A stretch of 64,000 nt of DNA from Felis catus (lineage: Eukaryota): assembly GCF_018350175.1 (NCBI RefSeq), contig NC_058377.1, forward strand, positions 100,068,001-100,132,000, written 5' to 3'. The position numbers were made by a program, and so were the translations under genes. How positions within the stretch are numbered: the stretch's first letter is position 1; every line of letters starts with the position of its first letter. The notes under the pieces are model-generated. The model searched no databases and had not been told where the DNA came from. It saw only the letters and a program-made list of their open reading frames with translations. Positions 37,945 through 50,519 of the stretch are shown here, in pieces.

Positions 37945-39489
37945 CATCTATGAAGTTATTTTTCTGCCTCATGTAATGATGAAACAGTATGGTACATAAT
38001 AAAGCACTGAGTTTTACATTCAAAGGGACCAATTATAGGAACATAAAATTTTCTCTACCAGTTCCAACAACTTCTTTGACAAGAACCCTCAAGAGCTGGC
38101 ATCTAAGAGACTGAGATTGAGAAACACTGATCATCCACAAGTGACTTCTCAGTTCCCTCTAAATTACTCTTTATAGCTTTAACAATTTCTGAAAGGGAGA
38201 AGTATATTGGATAGTAAAACATGGGAAGTTGTTCAACATTAGCCGTGGTCAAACAAATATGAATTTTAAAAAGTCAGATGAAATTTAGCCAGAAATAAAT
38301 CCTGATATCCATTACTAGCTAGGGTGAAAGAGGTAACCTCCATTTTGGTGTTAGTTATGTAAATTGGGGACTTTTTGGTGAGAGATATCAAAAGTCTTTA
38401 TAATATCTATACCTTACTGTTTAGTATATACATCTGAGAAATTATCCTAGGGACCTAGAGATGACTTAGTGCATGATTAAGTTTTCTGTGGTATTAGAAA
38501 AAAAAAATGGACTTGTTATTAGATACATCTACTTGACAGAATAATAGGCAATCATTAAAAACAGTGCATTATAATGATATGGGAAACATTTAAGTTATAT
38601 TGATCAGGATAATATATAAACATATGGTGTGATATGTGTTATGGTGTGATAATATATAAACATCTATAGATGGAAGAAAGGATAAAAGAAAAATACATTA
38701 GAAAGTAAGTTTTTCTTTTTGGATGGTATTACTCAATAATTTTTTCTCCTCCTTTAAATATTTTCTAAACTCTGTCTCATCACCATAGGTTATATTTGTA
38801 ATTACTTTCCCCTCCTTTTCCTAAGAAGATCCGCTGATACCCAGCTTAGGCAAAACCCTGGAGCTAGCAACTTTGTCTCTCCTTCTGTTCCTTTTGTCTG
38901 CTCTGTGTCTGAGTAATCTGGGTTTTGAAGGACACAGTGGTATAGGAGAGAAGGACAGACTGGGGAGTTAGAAGACTCCCACAGACTGGGATCTGTGTTC
39001 AGTCTCCCACAACCTAACTTCTGTGAGTTGGGTTTGCTCTTTAATACCTCTAGGTGAAAATGTTAGCATCTGAAAGTCAAAGATTTTTGCACCAGCTTAT
39101 ATAAAAAACCCCATCCTTAATAGCTTTTTAGCCAAAAAAAAAAAAAAGGTACTCTATAGTTCATAAATGGATAAAATTCCTTATTTGGCTTTTGAACTCA
39201 GGTCACTTAGGATTGTGGGAATTTTCCAAATCAGAGAAGAGATTATGAAACATTTTTTTTCCTCTGCAGGAACTTTCTTTAATCCTATCTAGGCATTCAA
39301 CATACGCATCATTCAGAGCAGCGGAAGGAGGACCAGATGATACAGAAGGATGGACCAGATGACATGTTACAAGAATACTATTGGTTCTGTTAATTTACCG
39401 TGTTAGAATGTAAGTAATTCTGATAAGAAGCTATCGACCTCCTTAGATCCAGGTATTGTAAGTTTCCTATATTATTTGGTTTTATTTTT

Positions 39490-40230
39490 TTATTCATTCA
39501 ACACACAGTCATTGACTACTGTTCTAGGTCTGGCAATAATGACAATAGACACAAAGAATCTTCTTTAAAGATACTCTAAGTGTAGGGTGGGAAGGTGGAG
39601 GGAGACCAATACAACATAGTGTGTGCAAAGAGCTAGGGTAGAGATGCAATCTGGGTGCTGTAGGAATACAGTGAAAGTCCTTATAATCTAGCCTGGGTTG
39701 GGGGAAGAGGCCATCTTCCTTGTGGAGATAATAGCTGAGCCTATTTTCGGAGGATGTATGGGAGTAAGCCAGGAAAATTGGGAAAGATTGGAGGAATAGC
39801 ATGTGGATGACAATGAGGTGTTGGTGAGCATGACTTGATCAGGGGATTTAGAGTAGTTTCATATGGTTAAAGCACATGGTAGTGGACAGGGATGGATAAC
39901 ATGGTAGGGCAGTAAGATCCAGGGACTTGCAATGAGACTAAAATGCTTAGATTTTTATCTTGAAGGTAAAAAGGAGCCATTGGAGGATATGATTGAATGA
40001 TTGAATTTTATGTGCAATACTAGATGCAGTGTGGATGATTGAGCAGGTGTCTGCATGAGATATGAGGCAGGAGAGAGGGATGACCTTGTTGGAGCAACCG
40101 TCAGATTATTTTGCTAATTGATCTCAGTCTAGTGCTGAGAACTATGGTTGGGGCATGATAGGTGCTCAAAATGTTTCTGGAATGAATGAATGAATGAATG
40201 AATGAATGAATGAATGAATGAATAGATGAA
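39490..40230. mobile_element. L2 relics ending in a (TGAA)n tract (~40180-40222)
   Basis: ATTCATTCAACA start, and TAGGTGCTCAAAATGTTT..GAATGAATG L2 3' tail. Confidence 0.6.
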
Positions 40231-40433
40231 TGTTAAGGTGTTGCAGACTCTGAGTCTGGAGTTCTCTCTTGTCCAGCAAGAGAGCAGATGTAGAATTGAG
40301 AGAGAGGCTAATGTCGCGGAGTGGACAAGAACCCCGAGTAAGGGTCCTTGCTCTGTTTTTATTAGTGTCAGAAGGCTTACACACGTGATGGATGTGCAGA
40401 AAAAGACAATGAATCCATGAACATTAACTCGTG

Positions 40434-40913
40434 TGTTAGAGAAAGGAGGTTTCGAAGATACCTGGTGTTAGGGATGTGGGTCAACGCAAAACAAAATCCT
40501 GGCTCTGGGCAGATGGCTGTTTAAAGCAGGCACTAGGCACTGCTTAGGGTTATCTTATCTTGCCTCAGGGATAAGACAGATAGAGCATGCTACCTCAGGG
40601 TCAACAAGGCACCTTTCTTTTGCTAATTAGCTCCCCTCTGGGCAGCTTCCCTCTTCTGTGGTCTATAGCCCTGTTTACCTATACTGGTCCTTCCCTCCTG
40701 TGACAGCAGCTTTCTGCTTCTGTATTATGTTGGCGGTGCTTCCGCCCAGTTTTCCTAATCTTGGATGCTTTCATCTCATGGCTTCCTAATCCTATGCCTT
40801 TGTTCTAAACTGGGGGTGCTTTCGCCCTGTTTACCTAATCTTGGATGCTTTCATCCTAAACCTTGTTAACCCATGGGTGCAAGCTCAGGAAATTCCTAAA
40901 CTTATTCCCCCCA
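40434..40913 (-). mobile_element. Probable solo LTR with an internal ~43-bp direct repeat, about 0.6 kb upstream of the OR at 41534
   Basis: TG...CCCCA ends; GGTGCTT.CGCCC.GTTT.CCTAATCTTGGATGCTTTCATC at ~40735 and ~40815. TSD not resolved. Confidence 0.55.
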
Positions 40914-41533
40914 GTAAAGAACAAGACTTGATAAGGTGTGGTGACTAATTTTGCAATTATGAGGTGGACTAGTGAAGGGAGAAGTCAAGGATGACTCACT
41001 CCCGTGTTTGTAGTGGGTGGCGGAGGAAATGCGGAAGGGGGAGCAAGAGCTGAGTTGGGCTTGAGATGAGGAAGTCGGTGCCCATGTGCATTGAGGAGTA
41101 CAAATGGGAGTTAGAAGTGTAGCTCCAAAAAAGCAACTGTAAAAAAAAAAAAAAAATTAGAGGGATTATTTTCCCAGAAGTGGTTCTTTTCAGTGAACTA
41201 AAATTTATATTATCCTTTTATCACAAAAAAACTTCCATGAAGATATTTTCAGTCAGAAAACAGAATTCATACTTACCGGTTAAAATGCAAGAGAGGTAAT
41301 ATTTCGGGAGTTGTTTATTTTATCTGCTATTTAACTTTGTACTCTGTCAAAATTATTAATTAGAAATGCAGAAAATGATTTTCATTATTAACAGGTTCTT
41401 TGGGATTCAGGATTTGGGATAATGCTATTCCACAAACACTGATTTCCCCCAACTTGAAAAAATTTCTTGAAAGAGGTAGTAATACATTTTTCTTGGGAAA
41501 TCTCTTTTCACCCAAGTCCTTGCTCATGGATTC

Positions 41534-42442
41534 ATGGATAGTCCACGAAACATCACGGAATTTTTCATGCTGGGACTCTCGCAAAACTCTGAAGTGCAGA
41601 GAGTTTTGTTTGTGTTCTTTTTGATTGTCTACCTTGTCTCTGTTGGGGGCAACCTACTTATCATGATCACCATTATCTTCAGTCCCACCTTGGGCTCCCC
41701 TATGTACTTTTTCCTGTCATGTTTGTCCTTTATTGATACTTGCTATTCCTCATGTATGACCCCCAAACTCATTGCAGACTCCTTGTATGAGGGGAGAACC
41801 ATCTCTTTTGAGGGCTGTCTGATTCAATTCTTTGTTGCCCATTTACTGGGAGGAACTGAAATCATTCTGCTCACGGTCATGGCCTATGACCGCTACGTGG
41901 CCATCTGCAAGCCTCTGCACTACACGACCACCATGACCAAGCATCTCTGTGCCCTGCTGGTGGGGGTGGCTTGGCTGGGGGGCTTCCTGCATTCACTGGT
42001 TCAGCTCTTCCTGGTCCTTCAGCTGCCCTTCTGTGGGCCTAACGTGATCAATCACTTTGTCTGCGACCTGTACCCCTTGCTGGAGCTCGCCTGCACCGAC
42101 ACATATGTCATTGGCGTCCTGGTGGTGGCCAACAGTGGTGTGATCTGCCTGTTGAACTTCCTCATGCTGGCTGCCTCCTACATTGTCATCCTGCGTTCCT
42201 TGAGGTGTCACGGTGCCGAGGGGAGGCGCAAAGCCCTCTCCACCTGTGGGGCCCACTTCACTGTTGTTGCCCTGTTCTTTGTGCCTTGTATATTTATTTA
42301 CATGCGGCCATCGTCTACTTTGTCCGTGGACAAAATAGTGGCTGTGTTTTATTGTATTTTGACACCCATGTTCAACCCCCTGATTTATACACTGAGAAAC
42401 GCAGAGGTGAAAAATGCCATGAAAAACCTATGGAAAAAATGA
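41534..42442 (+). CDS. OR4C3D: Olfactory receptor OR4C3-like (mouse Olfr140/Or4c3d type), 302 aa, intact
   Basis: [18 protein letters not shown]..; [15 protein letters not shown]; KALSTCGAH; [37 protein letters not shown]. Both termini match the recalled mouse Olfr140. Confidence 0.85.
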   Translation: MDSPRNITEFFMLGLSQNSEVQRVLFVFFLIVYLVSVGGNLLIMITIIFSPTLGSPMYFFLSCLSFIDTCYSSCMTPKLIADSLYEGRTISFEGCLIQFFVAHLLGGTEIILLTVMAYDRYVAICKPLHYTTTMTKHLCALLVGVAWLGGFLHSLVQLFLVLQLPFCGPNVINHFVCDLYPLLELACTDTYVIGVLVVANSGVICLLNFLMLAASYIVILRSLRCHGAEGRRKALSTCGAHFTVVALFFVPCIFIYMRPSSTLSVDKIVAVFYCILTPMFNPLIYTLRNAEVKNAMKNLWKK

Positions 42443-42934
42443 GCAATTGTGGATAGAAGATACAGGTACCGTAAGGAAAGAAATAACGAGTCATTCTCAG
42501 TATAAGTTCATATTTTCATGATGAGAGCTGAGAGACTATTAAAAATTTCCAGAATAAAACTGATTTGAATGTTTGAAATTATGTCTAGTCTATCCATGTC
42601 CTGTGATACTGGCCAGACAAATTATTATACACAACTTCAATTTCTTTTAAACAGTTTACACTGCATTGCAGAACATGGAAACACCAACTCTTCCTCACCT
42701 TTGTCTGAGATGGAGCCTTCATCAGCCTGGGCTAGTAAGAGTCTGTGATGAGTAGGACCCCTTGTTGGAGTGAAAAGTATGACCCCTGGTCCTCCAACTC
42801 TGCACATCAGAATATGATCAGAGTAGTTACTGATGGTTCACCTATGCCTGATTCTATCTACAATTTTTTTTTGAAATTTTACTGAAATGGAGTTTAATGT
42901 GATTTTTTTCCATTTAAAAACATTCTGCTGTTTT

Positions 42935-43110
42935 TAAAAATGTTTGTTTATTTTGAGAGAGAGAGAGTTAGAACTTGAGTGGGGGAAGGGCAGAGAGAGA
43001 GGGAGACAGAGAATCCCAAGCAGGCTCTGTGCTCAAACCCATGAACCATGAGATCATGACCTGACCTGAAATCAAGAGTTGGACGTTTAACCAACTGAGC
43101 CACTCATGTT
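42935..43110 (-). mobile_element. Can-SINE (internally deleted)
   Basis: Reverse SINE motifs. Confidence 0.8.
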
Positions 43111-45177
43111 CCCCCTCCCATGCTGATACACTTACAAAATTGCCAGGAGTCCACAGCAGAAAAAAGGTCAAGACCAGCTTTATCTGGCATGTTCCAGACA
43201 GAGGCTGCTCCACTGGGTGGGTCCTGGACAGAAGACCACAAGGCACAGACTGACTCTGGGGGACACTGGGAGGGGTTGAGCAGTCTTCAGTTGCCCCTGA
43301 GATGGACATTGTCCTCATAGCCTAATCTATATTCTCTATCTGCCGTGTGGATTCTTAGACAGTGGTCCAAATCTTTTATGCCATAAGAAGTTTTGAAGCA
43401 GCATCTTGGATAGCAACAGTTGAATGTCCTTTCTCTGAGAGTCCCTGTTTGCTTCTTTGGCTCTGAGGGAAGAGCCAAAGCAGGGGCCTTCTGGGCATCA
43501 TTGGGGTCCATGAAGGGATGAGTTGGTTTTGGAACAATACCAGAAATAATCTATAGCTTGGGACTATGAGAATGCAGCAAATACAATTAGGAATTACTGA
43601 ATTCAAATCCTGGAAGTGCACAGAATAGGTTTACACTAAAATGAACGTAACTATAGTATGTTGTGAAATTATGCAATAAATATCTAAACGTTGTGTACAT
43701 GTGACCACACACACGCACATGCGCGCGTGCGCACAAATAATTGAGCATTGGTTTGGTGCATCAGCTTAGAAGTAGGATCTCATATTCTCATAAGAAGTTG
43801 ACATGGTTTTATTTTTAAAAATGAAGAAAACGTATTCACAGGGGCTGATTTACTTAGCCAAGAGTGAGCTGGAATTTAAATCCGTATCATTCTGCTTTCA
43901 AGTATGATCTTGCCAAAATGCACAGTGCTTTACTATCTACTGATCTTCCTCTGCATGTTTTATTTTGCGTTTCCTGCTTGTGAGCTTCTTGTTATCAACG
44001 TCCTTATTGTCAATCTCTGATATGAACTTGCCAGATTTATTTAAAGTCTGACGTCACTATCCAGTATATCATCCAGGAGGCTTTGATTCTCTCTAATCCA
44101 CACGGTAAAGTGCTTTCTCCTGGTCACTCGTTACTGTGGGATGGCTTTGCTTTCCATTCATATGTCTTAGAACTTGAACCTTTTGGGTCCTCTGGTCAGG
44201 TGACCCCCATATTCTGTTTGAGGGCTGCATTTTATTGATAACTCATTGCCACCTACATTGGGTACATGTGGGAAGAGCTCCAAGAGAACCTCTTCTCTTG
44301 TTGGTCAGACAAGTGGGCTAGAGAGTGAAGGGGTGGATACTTTCCTTTTCTTTTTCTGTCTTCTTTTTTTTTGTTTTGTTTGTTTTGTCTTCTGATTTTT
44401 ACTCTCCTAGACCCCAGACAATCCGATGGCAGAGAAGCGTAACAAGGGTAATAATGGTGGTGTGACAGGTGCCTTAAACTCTCAGGGAGTGAAACTTTTT
44501 ATTTGGCCATTGGAGCTGTGATCTCAGGTGCCTGGAACAAATCCTTTTTATTCTCTCTGTCCTCCTGAATCTCGGCCATTGACACAGACTCCGTTGTGGG
44601 AAGTGTGTAGCACAGAGGAAAAAAAAAAAAACTAAAGCCAAATTTCCAGGGCCAAAGGCACCAGGGAGATCAAGGAGAGGAAGGGCCCAAGACAGTCCTC
44701 TCATTAAGTTGTGTATGAATTCCAGGGCTCTCCGCCTTGAAGCTGCAAACTTGTGGATCTGAACTCAAGCAGCATACCAAGGTCTTTGAGACCAGCATTA
44801 CAGGACAGACCACAACTCGAGTCCCAGACTGGCCACTGGGTGGCGTATATGTGGGACAGAGCTGAAGAACACTGCAACGGATTTGGTAACTGAACTGACA
44901 TTGGAACCACAGCCCACAGAAGATGGGTTAGAAATTGGGACCTGAAACTAGCAAGGTTAACTGCCTGCTAAAATTAAAAAATCCAAAATTCTTAATTTAA
45001 AAAAGAGTATCATTACATGATATTCAAAATATCCAGGATACAAGCTGAATTTGCCCAGTATATGGAGAAGCAGAAATCTCAACCTGCCAAGGGAAAAATA
45101 CGACCAGCAGAGGCAATGATACAGATGTTGGAATTTTCAAAGACTTTAATTATATTATAATTATATTTAATTATATT

Positions 45178-45598
45178 NNNNNNNNNNNNNNNNNNNNNNN
45201 NNNNNNNNNNNNNNNNNNNNNNNNNNNNNNNNNNNNNNNNNNNNNNNNNNNNNNNNNNNNNNNNNNNNNNNNNNNNNNNNNNNNNNNNNNNNNNNNNNNN
45301 NNNNNNNNNNNNNNNNNNNNNNNNNNNNNNNNNNNNNNNNNNNNNNNNNNNNNNNNNNNNNNNNNNNNNNNNNNNNNNNNNNNNNNNNNNNNNNNNNNNN
45401 NNNNNNNNNNNNNNNNNNNNNNNNNNNNNNNNNNAAATTCCAACATCTGTATCATTNNNNNNNNNNNNNNNNNNNNNNNNNNNNNNNNNNNNNNNNNNNN
45501 NNNNNNNNNNNNNNNNNNNNNNNNNNNNNNNNNNNNNNNNNNNNNNNNNNNNNNNNNNNNNNNNNNNNNNNNNNNNNNNNNNNNNNNNNNNNNNNNNN
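45178..45598. other. Two assembly gaps separated by a 22-bp island
   Basis: N at 45178-45434 and 45457-45598. Confidence 1.
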
Positions 45599-46025
45599 AA
45601 GGGCAGGCATACTGGAAACAGATAGAAAGATAGAAAGTGTCAGCAAAGAAATGGATATTATAAAAAAGAATGAAATTGAAAATGGAGAACCGAAAGATTC
45701 AGTGGCCAGAATAAAAAAATCTCTGGCTGGGCTCAGTGGCACAGAAGAAATATAAAAGAAAGGTGAACTTGAAGGTAGATTGACAGAAATTATCTAGTCT
45801 GAACCACAGAGAGAAAAAAAAAAGATAAAAAATATTGGATAGAGTCTCAGGGCTAGTGAGACAATACCAAAATGTCTAACATCCATATTATTAGAGTCTC
45901 AGAAAAAGAGGAGAGACAATATGGTTTAGAAATACATTTAAAAAAATTTGGTGACATATATAAACTGATAGGTTCAGAAAGCTCAGCAAGTCTGAAACTG
46001 GACGACCTTAAAGAAAACCACCTGA

Positions 46026-46275
46026 GGGATGCCTGGGTGGCTTAGTCGGCTAAGCCGACTAACACAGCTTAGAAGTAGGATCTCATATTCTCTCATATTC
46101 TCATAAGAAGTTGAGCTTGTGTTCATGAGTTTGAGTCCCGCGTAGGGCTCTATGCTGACAGCTCAGAGCCTGGAGCCTGCTTCGGATTCTGTGTCTCCCT
46201 CTCTCTCTCTGCCCCTCCCCCGTGTATTCTCTCTCTCTCTCTCTCTCTCTGAAAAATAAATATTAAAACAAAATG
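46026..46275 (+). mobile_element. Can-SINE carrying an internal templated insertion
   Basis: SINE head and tail with TSD-like GAAA(A/T)CCACCTGAG; foreign segment at 46061-46122. Confidence 0.88.
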
Positions 46276-46485
46276 AAATCCACCTGAGACACATCATAAT
46301 CAAACAAAAAACCAAGACAAAGAAAATCTTTACATTATAAAGTGGAATACCTATGTAACCGTGAAGCAGTTCAGAAGTAGATTTTTAACTCTCCAGGATC
46401 CCTCGTGTCTCTTTCCAATCCTACCTCTTTCTCTCCCTTGAAGGTCAACACTAATGTGACTTTTATGATAAAACTTCTTTTCTTT

Positions 46486-46577
46486 TTTTAAAAATTTTTT
46501 AAATGTTTATTTATTTTTGAGACAGAGAGAGACAGAGCATGAATGGGGGATGGTCAGAGAGAGCATCCAGGCGCCCC
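46486..46577 (-). mobile_element. Internally deleted mini-SINE within an L1ME relic (~46350-47270)
   Basis: SINE tail joined to the terminal CCAGGCGCCCC; TSD CTTCTTT(T/G)CTTTT. Confidence 0.75.
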
Positions 46578-47541
46578 TTCTTTGCTTTTCTTTATACTTT
46601 TTACATTTACCACCTATGTACCCGTCTCTAGATTGGCCTATTTGACATTTTAAATAAATGCAATCATACTGAATATAATCTTTTGTGTCTAAATTCTTTG
46701 GCTCACCATTGTGTTTGTGAGATTCCTGTTCCTATATCTGCCATTCACCTACTTTCATTCTGTTAGTCCATTGTATAAATATATGAACCTTTTTTTATAC
46801 ATTCTGTTAATTATGGACATTTGAGTTGTTAACACTTTTATGCTGTTACCAATAGGTCTCTTGACATTCTTGGTGATGTATCTTCCGGCGTACGGCTACA
46901 TAACTTTCTCTTGGGTTTATACCTAGGAATAGGGCTTCTGGGTCATAGGTTATGTGTATATTTATGTTTATCCAATGTATACTTTGGAAAACTATTATAC
47001 ATGTTCACCAGCAGCTTATGAGAGATACTGTTCCTCCATATTGACAACAAACACTCAGTATTGACTGTCCTTTTAATTTTAGGCAAGTAGGGGAAGGATT
47101 GCAGTGGTATGTTATTGTGCTTCTGTGTCCTATTTGTCAGGTGATAAAAGAGGGGAACGCTACTCCCTAAGATGTTTACTGACCACTGGATGGCTTCTTT
47201 GCAAAAGTGCTGTTCCAGTCTCATGTGGTTGCTTTTATCTTATTGATTTGTAAGAGGTCTTTATATGTTCCACATCAGTCCTAGTTCTCTGAGAAGCAGA
47301 AGCTAAGACAGAGTCGATGTGCAAGAGATTTACTGGGTGAAACACTGGTGAGGGAAAGTGGGAGGGGCCGTCCAGAATGATGCAGCTCCCGCTGCTGTGA
47401 AAGAGAGCAGAGGAAAGGAAGGAAAGAAGTTCATGGACTGCAATGTAGCTCTAAGAGACAAGACCCAGGGAGTTCTTGACTTAAAACAAGAGTAGAGATT
47501 GGAAGCTGGGGAAGGGAGTTTTGAAGAAAGTGAAGGTTTTA

Positions 47542-47990
47542 TTAAAAATTTTTTTAATGTTTATTTTTGAGAGAGAGAGAAAGAGGTTGAGCAGGGGAGG
47601 GGAAGAGAGAGAGGGAGACACAGAATCTGAAGCAGGCCCCAGGCTCTGAGCTGTCAGCACAGAGCCCAACGCAGGGCTTGAACCCACGAACCCTGAGATC
47701 ATGACCTGAGCTGAAGTTGGACACTTAACCGAGTGAGCCACCCAGGTGCCCCTTGTTTTATTTATTTAAAGTTTATTTATTTATTTTGAGAGAGGGAGAG
47801 AGTGTGTGTGCATGTGTGCAACCCCCCCCCCCCCCATGAACAGGGGGAGAAAGGGAGAGATAATCCCAAGCAGCCTCCACACTGTCAGCAATGAGCTTGT
47901 TGCAGGGCTCAAACTCATGAATCACGAGATCATGACCTGAGCTGAGATCAAGGGTCAGATACTTAACCCACTGAGCCACCCGGGTGCCCC
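47542..47990 (-). mobile_element. Two tandem Can-SINEs
   Basis: Bodies end at ~47752 and 47990; outer TSD GTGAAGGTTTTA. Confidence 0.92.
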
Positions 47991-49484
47991 AAAGGTGAAG
48001 GTTTTAAATGGTCCTTGAGGAGAATTGGACAAATGTGTCGATTACAGAAATAGAGTAGGATCCCTGGGTGATGTTGATAAGCCTTTCGAAGGTGGTGACA
48101 TGGATTTATAGTGGACTAAATTCTCTCTGTTTTGTGACTCTTGATAGAAACTTTCAGGAAACTGGTTGGGGGAAGGCTTAGAATAGGATTCATTCAGCCC
48201 TGGGCAATTGCTGAGCACATGCCGAGCAGGCAAGGGTGCTGGGAAGGTAAACGTTTACAAAATGTTATGGAGGAAAACTTGCCCCACACGTCAGTTAAGT
48301 ATTCTACATGTGCATCTCTGTCAGTATTTATCAGCATTAAAAATATATAAAACGAACCCAACAGTTCCATTTATTTGATTTTGATTTGGTGATTCTATTT
48401 GTTTATGCCCCTGCTTTGTTTTGGAGGAGGCTACTGCTCCATGTAAATATAAGTTCCATGCTGCCAAGGACTGTGTCTGTCTCACTCACCAGGGTACTCC
48501 TGACATTTAGCAAAGTACTATCTTTTATTAAGTGGGACTGGAAAAAAATCCTTATTGAATGATTGAAATGGCAGAGGTACAATTCTGATTCACGTCATTT
48601 TGGTCTTTCGGCACACCACGCAGGAGAGGAATGGATGAAGGACAGTGATAACTCTTCTCTCAGCTTTAAGGGAGGAGATGAAAGGCCCCCCCCTTCTGAG
48701 CACAGAAGATCCTCAGTAAATGCTGTTGATTCTTGTTGGTGTTGTTCAGCCAGCAATTTCTCTAAAGACGCTGACCCTCCAGTGTCAGTTCCTGAAATAT
48801 CCTAACTCCCCTTTCCTCCTGACAATGTATAGTTTCTCTGTTGAGACACTAGAAGGATACTGGGCACTTGTAAGAGGCACAATAGAAGCCACTTCCTTGT
48901 GAGACCGAAATTGTAGTCAGGGGACTAATTAAATGATGGTGTCAACGTTGTTCTGACCTGTGAACGAGGCACAAACTCCAGTGAGTGATCCCCATGAGGG
49001 AGAATTAGTCTCCCCTAGAGAGGCAGAAAGCACATGGCACTGACTGTCCCTGTGCTGCCACTCCCAATTCCCTTATAAAAACCCTGTCCAGTGGAAGGAA
49101 AAAGCTTTTCTCGGAGACTGTGCTGGTGAATATCCTTAGCAGAAAGCAGAGCTAATGAACCGGTTACTCTGTCTAAAGAAGGCAGACAACGGAAAGTGGT
49201 GGTTGCATTGGAAAGGGCGTAGGCTGGGGTGAGGTGTGACCTGGGTTCCAGCCACACCTCTGTCACGGGTCACCCATGTGACCTTGGCTCAGTGCATCTA
49301 TATCTAAGATCTCTCTGAGTCTGAAATCCACCGTCTTTAAAACAGAGAATTGGAAAGGATGATTTTAAGTCCCATCAGGTTCTTAAGCAGACAAAAGGGA
49401 AGTGGATGACAAACAATTCCAGCTTCTTGTAAATGAATGACCATCATTTGTGTTTTCACTTCGTACTATTCTAAGAAACCTTCA

Positions 49485-49672
49485 GGGGCGCCTGGGTGGC
49501 TCAGTGGGTTGAGTGTCTGACTTTGGCTCAGGTCATGATGTCACAGCTTGTGAGTTCAAGCCCCGCATCTGGCTCTATGCTGTCAGCTCAGAGCCGGCTT
49601 CAGATCCTCTGCCTTCCCCCTGCCCCACCCCCCGCGTCTCAAAAATAAATAAACATTTAAAAAAAAAAAAAA
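49485..49672 (+). mobile_element. Can-SINE
   Basis: TSD AAGAAACCTTCAG at 49473 and 49673. Confidence 0.92.
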
Positions 49673-50519
49673 AAGAAACCTTCAGCTCAGATGAGTTTCT
49701 GTAATTGATAGCACCTGCTTCGTCTGTGCTTTGCCTCAATGTATAAAACATTCTAATCTCATCCAGCAGTTTAATCACATGAAACAGTGAAATTTGGGAT
49801 GTTACATTGGAGCTGATCTGGATGATCCTTTAAGAACTCTTCCAGATCCACCTTTCTGTGATGTTAGGAGGTAAAAACAAAGCACAACACAACACCTGGA
49901 GGAGACCTGTTGTTGTCCTCAGATCCAGTCAATGTAAGTTTTCTGTAATCTGTTTTTGAAAACTAAAGAAAAATGCAACTCAAAACTGTGGTGGGATAAT
50001 TTTACTAAAATTCTCATTACTTTCCACACAATAATTTTGTTTCTCATGGACAACTCAAACAGGAGACTTTTTTTTTTTTTTCTGGCTAGCTTTTTAACAA
50101 ATAATTTATTTTGTATTCCCACAAACTGCAGAGATGAATCAGCTTAACATTTTTATTTTTGGGCTGAATTCTGTGCTATTCATACCAATTTGCATTTTCT
50201 CTATTGTGTTCTGTATGGGAATCAGTTCTGTATGGGGATTAGCTCATTTTTAAATATTTATAATATTATAGTTTTGAATATAATTAGCTATTTCAATACA
50301 ATTAATTTAGTTTTGAACGTATCCACTTAGGTCCTTGGGTATTTAAGCCACATAATGAGTTTGTTGTCCATGGTGTTAATGATGGTGATTTTAGAGATGC
50401 CATTTTTGAATGTATATTGCATCCAGGCTCTGTACAAACACCCGGCGTGCCCTGTTATCATTTACTGCTCTCTGCAACCTCAAGGTATAGCAGTTCTTTT
50501 GTTTTCATTTTATTTTTAT

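Larger units (their letters stand above)
44700..46335 (+). mobile_element. Ancient L1MC-type 5'/ORF1 region with two gaps
   Basis: A-rich ORF1 relics (GTGAACTTGAAGGTAGA..GAAATTATCTAGTCTGAA; TCTAACAT..TTAGAGTCTCAGAA). Confidence 0.6.

Noticed and set aside
39270-39409. Possible internal 5'UTR exon of the gene at 41534 (acceptor 39269, donor 39410)
   Set aside because: Splice motifs alone are insufficient without transcript data.
45435-45456. 22-bp island between N gaps that is the exact reverse complement of 45115-45136
   Set aside because: It is flanked by gaps on both sides and is most likely a scaffolding or gap-fill artefact, not a real inverted repeat.
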